IMG/VR virus record: IMGVR_UViG_3300009093_000035
Coordinates: 62,001 to 126,000 of that record
Length of the DNA: 64,000 nucleotides
Strand: one strand, 5' to 3'
The position numbers and the translations under genes are program-made. Shown in pieces: positions 56,664 to 64,000 of this stretch (position 1 is its first letter; each line of letters opens with the position of its first letter). A model generated the notes under the pieces. It made no database searches and was not told the DNA's origin. It was given only the letters and a program-made list of their open reading frames with translations.

Positions 56664-58763
56664 CTACACCTTACCGGTCGGCAGCTCCCAGTTCTTCACC
56701 ATGTCGAGAGTCGCTGCGACGTGCTTACAGACCTTGTGGATCGAGGTCGGGTCTTTGATCGAGGGCTTCGAGGCCGTGCCTCTCGGGCTCCCGTACAGGT
56801 AGTTCCCGAACTTCGCCCAGTGTTCCGGTCCCTGCCACTGCCAGAACGGACAGGAGCAAGAGACCTCCAGATCCATCCGCCCGAGCTTCGAGACGTTCTT
56901 CGCGGGCCGCGAGACCTTCATCCGAACCACGTAGGTCTCTTTCGAGGTCGCGCCCGGAACCGAGAACGTGTACATCGCGTTCTTCTGATCGAAGCGCTTC
57001 CCCTTTGGCCTCAGGGTCTTCGCTCGAAGGAGAACGTCAGTCGAAGTCTCCCCGAGAAGCTCAGCGAGACGCTTCGCGACTCTCCAAGCCGAAGCTACTC
57101 GCTGGGAAGAGGCTTCCTTGTTCACGAATCCGTGACCCGAGGGGATCACCTTCGCGGATCCGGGCGTATCCGGCATCTCTCCGCGCTCGCGGTAGACCTC
57201 GATGTCATGGCTCTGGGCCCGATCGCGGTGCTCCTGATCGGGGTAGGGAAGCGACGGGTTGACCGGAGAAGGTTCGCCCAGGTTCTGAGCCCCGGGTCCC
57301 GGGTCCATGTTGTAGCCCGGACGGTAGACCTCTCGGTAGAAGGTCGCGGCTACCGCTCGCGGATCCGGAGACCCGTAAGCCTCCTCCAGCAAGCTGAAGA
57401 AGGTGTCGAGGTCCTCATCGGTTTCGAAGACCATCCCCGAGGTGAAGGCGCGAAGCGGGACGACTTCGCAGTCTTCCGTATCCCCATCGATGTGGACGAG
57501 GAGACCCTCATCCTCGAAGCCGAGGAGATCGCCCCATCCCCACACCTCGTGGTAGAACGAAAGGGGCAAAGAAGACGAAGCCTTCTTGTCCTCTCGCTCC
57601 TTTCGCGAACGTTCAGCGATCGAGCGCGCGCCGCCCGCGGGGAGACGACGAAAGCGGTTGTGGTACTTCGGCATGTTGCGGAGGGACTTCCTCCGCTTGA
57701 ACTCGGGGCTGTTTCGGATCTTCTTGTACCGGCGCTTCGCCTGCATACGGATCCGGTTCTTCCGCCGACGGTAGTTCTTCTGGTAGTAGCGCTTCGCGTA
57801 CGACTTCTGCTTGTGTTGACGGCTGTCGTACGTCGGAAACATCCCCGCGCCCGCGGCCTCGCGGATCGCTTGGAGCATCTCCTCCTCGGACCCTTCTCCC
57901 GTCGCCGTCCGACGTGGATAGACGTTGTCCTTGTAGGGGTGGCCGTACTCTTCGCCGGGAGTCCCAGGCGTTCTCATCTTGAACTGAGACTGGGGGTTCG
58001 GCGAAGCGGGTTGGCCCTTCGTAGCCGGGCCTGGGGTGTTGTAGACGGGAGGACCGTGACGGTGCTCCACCAGGTCCACGTTGTTGTCCGTCGTCTCCGG
58101 AAGGGACCTCTCGCGGTCCGACTTCCAGGTCTCTCCGGGGGCGTGGTAGATCGAATCCCCGAGAGGATCGTTGATCCCCTTCGCGGGCTTCTCGTCTACG
58201 AAGGTACGGACCCCGGCGAGATCAGCCGCTGGAGCTTGGTACCCAGCGCCGCGAATCTGACACCCTCCGGCCGGAGCTTCCGGAGTCTTCCGGTTCTTCC
58301 AGTAGGTGGTGATGAGAGACGGCGTCCCCTTGTGGGACCCGAATCCGAAGACGAAGAACAATCCGGACTTCGGATCGACCCACTCCATCTTCTGACGATC
58401 GGACTGGAGGAGCTGCCGGTAGCGCGGATCTCGCTTCCGCTTCCAGTCCTCGATCTCCGAGACGAAATGGGAAAGCGCCTCGCGAAGATCTCGAATCGTC
58501 ACGGACCGAAGGTCCATCCGATACTGAGAGTGGGGAGTGAGAACGAACTGATTGAAGGGGTGAGGGCCGCGTTCGATCAGCGGGTCGTAGACCTCGTGAG
58601 CCTGCTGGTTCGTGAGGTCCTGGTCTCGATCCACAAGCGACACGAGTTCCTCGGCCTCGCCTGGGGGAAGCTTCTCCTTCAAGATTCGATCTACAACCCG
58701 GCACGGACCTCCGGCGAGTCCGAGCGGAGGTTGAAGATCCGCGTACTTGAAGAGGAGCGCCAT
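56664..58763 (-). CDS. Multidomain protein with C-terminal SWIM zinc finger and RVA tags (699 aa)
   Basis: VSCSCP ... CKHVAA (SWIM); very basic Arg/Lys segment; KEASSQRVASAWRVAKRL. Confidence 0.75.
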   Translation of the reverse strand: MALLFKYADLQPPLGLAGGPCRVVDRILKEKLPPGEAEELVSLVDRDQDLTNQQAHEVYDPLIERGPHPFNQFVLTPHSQYRMDLRSVTIRDLREALSHFVSEIEDWKRKRDPRYRQLLQSDRQKMEWVDPKSGLFFVFGFGSHKGTPSLITTYWKNRKTPEAPAGGCQIRGAGYQAPAADLAGVRTFVDEKPAKGINDPLGDSIYHAPGETWKSDRERSLPETTDNNVDLVEHRHGPPVYNTPGPATKGQPASPNPQSQFKMRTPGTPGEEYGHPYKDNVYPRRTATGEGSEEEMLQAIREAAGAGMFPTYDSRQHKQKSYAKRYYQKNYRRRKNRIRMQAKRRYKKIRNSPEFKRRKSLRNMPKYHNRFRRLPAGGARSIAERSRKEREDKKASSSLPLSFYHEVWGWGDLLGFEDEGLLVHIDGDTEDCEVVPLRAFTSGMVFETDEDLDTFFSLLEEAYGSPDPRAVAATFYREVYRPGYNMDPGPGAQNLGEPSPVNPSLPYPDQEHRDRAQSHDIEVYRERGEMPDTPGSAKVIPSGHGFVNKEASSQRVASAWRVAKRLAELLGETSTDVLLRAKTLRPKGKRFDQKNAMYTFSVPGATSKETYVVRMKVSRPAKNVSKLGRMDLEVSCSCPFWQWQGPEHWAKFGNYLYGSPRGTASKPSIKDPTSIHKVCKHVAATLDMVKNWELPTGKV

Positions 58764-58766
58764 GGC

Positions 58767-59336
58767 TCAGTACTTCAGGTCGAGCCCGAGGCGAATGTCG
58801 TCGGGGGTAGGAGTACGGGAGCACAGGCCAACCACGATCACATCCGTACCGCCCGTGGCGAGAAGGAGAAGCGCGTCGGGGTCCTGACAGAGGAGACCGT
58901 TCTCGCTGATCTTCAACGGGTCGTTGATCGTGTAGACCGCCGGACCCCCGGCTCGAACCCCGAAGGCGTCCAACGCGATCTTCTCGTAGTTGGTGAAGAG
59001 AAAGCGCCCGCCGCCGACGATGAGGGTAATGACGCTCGCCCCCGAGGCCACCGCAGCGAAGTCGCTCTTGTTCTGGTAGCTGGTGTAGTTTCGGTACGTC
59101 GACCGGCGCGGGTCGTTGTAGTTCTCCGAACCGTAGAGGATGAACCCGGTCGTGTAGATTCCACCGCTCTTCTCGACCGTGAACTGAGAGACGGGAGGAA
59201 CCTGAACGTCGGCGTAGTCGACCCACTGGCCTCCGAGCCATCCGGTCGAGCGAAGAATCGGCCCAGCAGTAGCGGTGAACTTGTCACCCTGCTTCAGGAC
59301 CATCACGTCGTCGTCGGTCTGATCCGCGGCTCCCAT
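58767..59336 (-). CDS. Probable head-associated structural protein (189 aa)
   Basis: Beta-rich; C-terminal VIVVGLCSRTP ... LGLDLKY resembles capsid cement/decoration folds (weak). Confidence 0.45.
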   Translation of the reverse strand: MGAADQTDDDVMVLKQGDKFTATAGPILRSTGWLGGQWVDYADVQVPPVSQFTVEKSGGIYTTGFILYGSENYNDPRRSTYRNYTSYQNKSDFAAVASGASVITLIVGGGRFLFTNYEKIALDAFGVRAGGPAVYTINDPLKISENGLLCQDPDALLLLATGGTDVIVVGLCSRTPTPDDIRLGLDLKY

Positions 59337-59338
59337 GA

Positions 59339-60094
59339 CTACACGAGCTTCTTGTGCTTGGGGAGTTCGTCGCGACCTTCCGGTAGACCCTTCGTTCCGG
59401 GCTGCTCGGTCTCGATCACGTACCGGTTGAGGGTCGAGAACTGTCTCCCACCCGGAAGAGTCTCGATCTCGGACGGATCCAGAGGCGCGTTGTTCGCTTC
59501 CGACTTCGCCTCGGATACGGTCCGATCAGCTTCGGAATCCTTCACCGACTTCACCGCGACGCCAGGCTTGTTCGAGACCGCGTTCGATTCGGAGAACTCC
59601 CGAACCTCTCTCATCTCCGGATTCCCGAAGAAGTAGGCCTCAGCCGTCGGGGCCGCCCCGGGAGGGGCCTCCGCCGCCTCTAGGAAGCGCTCCGCGACCC
59701 GATCGGGGCCGGCGGATAGGAACCGGTGGGCGACCCGCTCGGGGGCGGATTCCTTCCCCCGGGAGCCCGCGAAGGGAGCCGTCTTCAAGGATTCGTCCAC
59801 CATCTCTCGGTCGTCCAAGGAAATCCGCCCCCGCAAGAAATCCTCGCCCATGACCGTCATGGCGTAGGACGTCCGGTCGAGAGCCCGCTCGGCCGCGCTC
59901 AGACGCGCCGGGAATCCCTGTAGGATGTCCCCGGCGACCTGGTAGAGATGGTCCCTAGCCTCGGAGTCGTCCACCATCGCCTGGACCCTATCAGCCATGA
60001 GGCGGATCCGGTGGACCTCGATACGCGCAGACGTGATCCCCTCGGCGAGAAGGGACCACGCTACTTGACTGGAGGCGGTCTTGCGTTGACTCAC
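59339..60094 (-). CDS. Protein with tandem RVAxRF tags (251 aa)
   Basis: KTASSQ at the N-terminus; PERVAHRFL and PDRVAERFL. Confidence 0.7.
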   Translation of the reverse strand: MSQRKTASSQVAWSLLAEGITSARIEVHRIRLMADRVQAMVDDSEARDHLYQVAGDILQGFPARLSAAERALDRTSYAMTVMGEDFLRGRISLDDREMVDESLKTAPFAGSRGKESAPERVAHRFLSAGPDRVAERFLEAAEAPPGAAPTAEAYFFGNPEMREVREFSESNAVSNKPGVAVKSVKDSEADRTVSEAKSEANNAPLDPSEIETLPGGRQFSTLNRYVIETEQPGTKGLPEGRDELPKHKKLV

Positions 60095-60142
60095 GGCTTC
60101 ATAAGCCGCCAGCCCATAGCCTTAATCTCGTTGGGACCGAGA

Positions 60143-61294
60143 TCAGGCCGTCGCGGCGGCGACCTTCTGGCGGTGGGCCAGGTTGATCCGCGCGTGCTTC
60201 TGGACGGCCGCCGTTTCGACCGCGAGGACGCGCTCGAAGTGGTCCGGGTTCTTCTCGAAGAGATCGCAGGCGAGCTTCACGCGCTGGAGCCAGTGGATCT
60301 TCATGTCCCACTTCAGCCCGCCGCCGAGATCCATTTCGTCCCCGGCGAGGATCACTTCCTCGATGGTCTGGGGCTTCTTCGGAGCCGGAGAGACCGCCTT
60401 CGTGGCCTTCACTTCCGCCTTCGGGGCCTCCGGTTCTTCCGAAACCTCGGGAGCCTCGATCGGACCTCCGTTCACGGCTTCAGCCGAAGCGGTCGCCTTC
60501 GCTCGACGCTGCTCGGCGATGATGCGAGCGCGATCTTCGGGGTTGAGCGTGTCGATGATGTCCTCGACCTTGTCGGCGCTCGCGGCGTGGATGTCGGAGC
60601 CCTTCTTCGATTCGGTCGAGAGGATCGTCGAGGTCTTCGCGATCGTGGGCTTCTGGATCTCGGGCTTCTTTCGAGGACCCTGGTCCAGACGCGCCGTCTC
60701 TCGGGCCGCCTGGGCGCCGTCGGAGATGATCGTCCGACCCTTCGCCGGAGATCCGATCTTCCCGATCACGGTCGCGTCCTCGTTCCCCGTTGCGTCCGAT
60801 TGGACTTCCATGACGCGCTTCGTCGAGGGACCGACCGATCGCTCTTCCTGGTCCTGGTTGTGGACGGTGCGGCTGAAGGTCGCCGTCTTCGCCAGGGCCT
60901 CGGAAACGTTCGCCGAGGCTGCTGCCGCTTCCTTCCCTTTCCGCGTCGCCGGACCCATGTCCTTCTCGTCGTCGGTGACGGTCGTGGGGGAGATCCGAGC
61001 GGCCTTCCCCTTGTCCTGAGCCGAACGAACCTTCACGTCCGCCGCCCGAGGCGTGTACGTAGAGGTAGTGTCCCCCGACGGAACGAGCCACCCCACCCTC
61101 ACGCCTCCGCGTAGCTCGGGGTAGTTGTGGTCCGCGCCGCCCAGCCTGAGGGTGGTCCCGTCGAACTGGATGACGTCGCCCGGGCGAATGTCCGTGCTCA
61201 GCTTCCCGAGGTGGACCTTCACGGTGGCGCGGAAGGAGTAGAACTCCCCTGTGGTGTACTGAATTTCTACGGACGCTGGAACGGTCGAGGTCAT
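60143..61294 (-). CDS. Hypothetical protein, charged/low-complexity core (~383 aa)
   Basis: Start at 61294 after GGAGGA; small globular ends joined by a K/E/A/T-rich linker. Confidence 0.65.
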   Translation of the reverse strand: MTSTVPASVEIQYTTGEFYSFRATVKVHLGKLSTDIRPGDVIQFDGTTLRLGGADHNYPELRGGVRVGWLVPSGDTTSTYTPRAADVKVRSAQDKGKAARISPTTVTDDEKDMGPATRKGKEAAAASANVSEALAKTATFSRTVHNQDQEERSVGPSTKRVMEVQSDATGNEDATVIGKIGSPAKGRTIISDGAQAARETARLDQGPRKKPEIQKPTIAKTSTILSTESKKGSDIHAASADKVEDIIDTLNPEDRARIIAEQRRAKATASAEAVNGGPIEAPEVSEEPEAPKAEVKATKAVSPAPKKPQTIEEVILAGDEMDLGGGLKWDMKIHWLQRVKLACDLFEKNPDHFERVLAVETAAVQKHARINLAHRQKVAAATA

Positions 61295-61342
61295 GAGACA
61301 GAGTCCTCCAAGCGGGACTCTACCGAGCATCCAATGTCTTGA

Positions 61343-62551
61343 TCAGCCGGGGAGATACTCCGCGGCGATGGACACCACTTCCTTCTTGCTGAGGCCGCTC
61401 GGACCGATGAGATCGGCCACCTCGCCGTCGTAGAGAACGGACATGGCGAGATCGTGGGCGACACTCTCGATCCCCTCGCCGGAATCCCCCGGGTCCCAAT
61501 CAGACCGAGCGTCCTTTGCCCAGGCCTGAATCGCCTTGAAGAGTTTCGACTTCGCCGCCGACTGGCTGAGAGGACGCTGGAGAGCACTCGGATCTACGAC
61601 TCCCTTCGGAGCCTTCTTGATCGCGCCCCTCTTCAGGAGGTCTCGGATGAACTCGTTCGGAAGACTCTTCTTCTGCCAGGACTGCTGATCCGGATTCAGC
61701 ACCTCGGCCATGAAGGCGTCTCTCTTCACCTTCGGCATCCCCGCCGCGATCAGACCCCCGACGATGTCCTGAGCGAGGCCCACGTAGGCGTTCAGGTTGT
61801 CCCCGTAGATACGAACCTCGGTTCGAGGGTACGCTGCGAAGCGCTCGACCACGCGGGCCGGGCTCGCGGTCTTCTTCAGGTAGATCTTGTCTTCGAGCGT
61901 TCCGAACCCCGTAGCCCCCGTGTACCACCCGTTCGGAAGGCGCGCAGAGGTGATTCCCGGAACCGGCGGTTCGGGAGTCACGTAGATGTAGTCGGCCGTG
62001 AGCTTCGTGACGATCAACCCCTGGCCGGCCTGGAAGCCTCCCCGAGAGAGCTTCACCGGTTCCGTCACTGTGAGACGGTCATTGACCGCGAGCTTCGGCG
62101 GAAGGGTGTACCCCTCTTCCTTCATCTTGAAGTAGCGCGGGTACGCCTGACGGACGGTTCGCTCGTTCGAAGCAATCATCGAGTCCGAGTAGGTCTTCCC
62201 GAAGAGAAGCGGATACCACTCTGGGTGCTCGAAGAAGGGGATCGAGGCCGCCTCGTCCTCCTCGAACCAGACGTATCCGCCGGCCTTCTCTCCGATTCGG
62301 TAGGCCGGAGCCGAAAGGACCTTCCGAGCCACGCCGTCCGAGATCCCCATCCCCCCGTGGCTCGCAGTCGAGACCCAACTCACCCCTCGAAGCGAAGGAT
62401 GGTCGTACATCGTCTGGACCGTTCCCCACGGAGACTTCGGAGCCTTCGGATCGTTGTAGCTCCAGTTGCGAGTACGGGGAGAAGCCTTCTTGTCCATGAC
62501 GCCCGGCTCCTTGTCCCAGTTCGCGAGTTCTTCGTAGGTAGCGATGCTCAT
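61343..62551 (-). CDS. Multidomain protein with N-terminal DUF7007-like domain and RVV/RF tag (~402 aa)
   Basis: SPWGTVQ ... VSTASHGG ... WFEEDE pattern; KKASP and KKTASPARVVERF separate the domains. Confidence 0.7.
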   Translation of the reverse strand: MSIATYEELANWDKEPGVMDKKASPRTRNWSYNDPKAPKSPWGTVQTMYDHPSLRGVSWVSTASHGGMGISDGVARKVLSAPAYRIGEKAGGYVWFEEDEAASIPFFEHPEWYPLLFGKTYSDSMIASNERTVRQAYPRYFKMKEEGYTLPPKLAVNDRLTVTEPVKLSRGGFQAGQGLIVTKLTADYIYVTPEPPVPGITSARLPNGWYTGATGFGTLEDKIYLKKTASPARVVERFAAYPRTEVRIYGDNLNAYVGLAQDIVGGLIAAGMPKVKRDAFMAEVLNPDQQSWQKKSLPNEFIRDLLKRGAIKKAPKGVVDPSALQRPLSQSAAKSKLFKAIQAWAKDARSDWDPGDSGEGIESVAHDLAMSVLYDGEVADLIGPSGLSKKEVVSIAAEYLPG

Positions 62552-62553
62552 GA

Positions 62554-63807
62554 TCAGAGCTTCTTCATGACGTCGGTCCACTCTTCGAGGGACTTCCGGT
62601 TCCGACCCACATCGGCCTCCGTAGCGGGCTGGACCACTCCGTTGATCGTGAATCCGGAGCTGCCGTTGGCGTTCGCCTCCAGGAGCTTCTCGTAGAGTTT
62701 CACCTTCATCGGGACGAACTTCTTCAAGATCGTCGTGTCCGCTCCGGGGAAGTCCGAGAGGAACTCCGACATCTGAGCCGCCTCGGAATACTCCCCGAGG
62801 CCGGTCCACTGAACGTGGCCCTTCTCGTCGAGGTACATCGCTCCGGCGAACTTCAGGTAGGTCGAAGCCTTCGGCTTGTTCCAGCGGCCCGTCTTCGGGT
62901 CCATCGTCTGGGAGAGGAAACGGTAGCCCTTCCCGGAGTTGAACTCCAGCCAGAACTTCGCCTGGGTTCGGAGCTTGAACCCGTAGGGGTAGTCGTCGAC
63001 CACATAGGCCGAGTTCGGATCAGTGTGGCCGTAGAGGGGCTTCTTCGTCGAGGCCTTCTTCTCGAACTTCCCGCCCTTGGACTCGATCTTCTTCCGATCC
63101 GCGTCGGTGAGCCGATCCTTCTTGGCCTTGGAGTCCATCATCTCCTGCCACTCGGCTTCGTCTTCGTTCTTCGCCGGTCGCCAGGCGATCACTTCCTTCT
63201 CGGAAGCGGCGTGGTTCGACGGCATCCAGAGATCGTTCTCCTTCGCCGCGAACTCCTCCAGCTTCTGGAGGAACTTCATGTCCGCATCATCGAGAGCCTC
63301 GTAGGCCTCGTCGAGCGTCTTGTACTTCTCGTCGAAGTAGTCCCCCACCATCGCCAAGAACTTCTTCTCCACGTCGGACTCGGCGCCCTTCATGTGGTTC
63401 TTGATCCCCTTGATCATGCTCTGAGTCATGATCCCGCCCGTCTTCGAGAGGAGGGGGAGGAGAAGGGGGCGAAGCTCGGGCTTCTCGTGAGCGAGCCGAA
63501 TCGTAGCTGAACGGAGGTTGGTCATGGCTCGCTTCTCGTTGGGATGTTCTCGGAGATACCGCTCGCGAATAGAGGGATTCTCCCACTGAGGGAAGATGAA
63601 CTCCATCCCCTCCTGCTCGTAGGGAACGCGATTCTTCTTCAGCCAAGCGACGAACAGGTTGGCGGTGCCCCTGGTCCCCCACTCGACTACCGCCCGCGAA
63701 TCGTTCGCCTGGGGATTGCGCGTCGAGTAACTTGAGTTGCCGAACGTGTTCTCATCGTCCGCATCTCTCATCGCTCTGACGAGATCTTCGAATTCGTGGA
63801 AAGCCAT
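62554..63807 (-). CDS. Multidomain IRLAH-tag protein (417 aa)
   Basis: Internal EKRA-MTNLRSATIRLAHEKPELRPLLLPLLSKTGG; C-domain YGHTDPNSAYVVDDYPYGFKLR after EKKAS. Confidence 0.75.
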   Translation of the reverse strand: MAFHEFEDLVRAMRDADDENTFGNSSYSTRNPQANDSRAVVEWGTRGTANLFVAWLKKNRVPYEQEGMEFIFPQWENPSIRERYLREHPNEKRAMTNLRSATIRLAHEKPELRPLLLPLLSKTGGIMTQSMIKGIKNHMKGAESDVEKKFLAMVGDYFDEKYKTLDEAYEALDDADMKFLQKLEEFAAKENDLWMPSNHAASEKEVIAWRPAKNEDEAEWQEMMDSKAKKDRLTDADRKKIESKGGKFEKKASTKKPLYGHTDPNSAYVVDDYPYGFKLRTQAKFWLEFNSGKGYRFLSQTMDPKTGRWNKPKASTYLKFAGAMYLDEKGHVQWTGLGEYSEAAQMSEFLSDFPGADTTILKKFVPMKVKLYEKLLEANANGSSGFTINGVVQPATEADVGRNRKSLEEWTDVMKKL

Positions 63808-63808
63808 C

Positions 63809-64000
63809 TCACTCCACCACGATCACGACGGAAAGATCGCGGACGACGGGGACCGCCCCGTACACCGCGAGCTTCGGCTTCACCTTCTTCAGGAGGGCGC
63901 TGAAATACGCCTCGTGGACTCTCTGGTCGAGGTGGCTGACCTTCTTCTTGTAGGCCCAATCGGTGTACGGGAAAGTGAGGTCGAACCAGTACTGAGCCTG
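63809..64000 (-). CDS. C-terminal end of a gene entering from the right edge
   Basis: Open frame QAQYWFDLTFPYTDWAYKKK...VVIVVE* ending at TGA 63809-63811, 1 nt before the next ATG. Confidence 0.65.
   Translation of the reverse strand, partial: QAQYWFDLTFPYTDWAYKKKVSHLDQRVHEAYFSALLKKVKPKLAVYGAVPVVRDLSVVIVVE

Noticed and set aside
1-64000. tRNA genes, rRNA and CRISPR arrays
   Set aside because: No T-loop/cloverleaf context or regularly spaced direct repeats were found by eye, and intergenic gaps are mostly under 100 nt.
1-64000. Apparent abundance of GATC and TCGA
   Set aside because: Expected from codon usage (ATC, GAT, TCG, GAG) in a GC-rich genome; cannot be called enrichment without a Markov-model count.

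Overview
GC-rich segment of a large tailed (myovirus-like, probably jumbo) bacteriophage genome, almost all coded on the minus strand. It contains a contractile-tail morphogenesis cluster (about 0.5-33 kb): large baseplate/fibre protein, hub, two tube-initiator paralogues, tape measure, two chaperone-like paralogues, tube, a ~1770-aa sheath and neck proteins, with an actin-fold ATPase embedded in it. Next come a DNA-hypermodification pair (radical SAM plus an amino-acid:DNA transferase split by one in-frame TGA) and a vWA protein. A dispersed family of small proteins carries two shared peptide tags (LRxxxIRLAHxxPELRxxLLPLL and RVAxRF), often next to K-x-A/S sites. An accessory region holds a TPR protein, a beta-helix fibre, two RNA-ligase-type enzymes, a P-loop kinase, a zincin, a PLD and HU, followed by a head/neck-associated cluster. 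A myxobacterial-style TPR protein and a lipoprotein hint at a Myxococcota host (inference). No major capsid, portal, terminase, polymerase, tRNA or CRISPR array was recognised. All family assignments come from motifs read by eye; no database searches were run.
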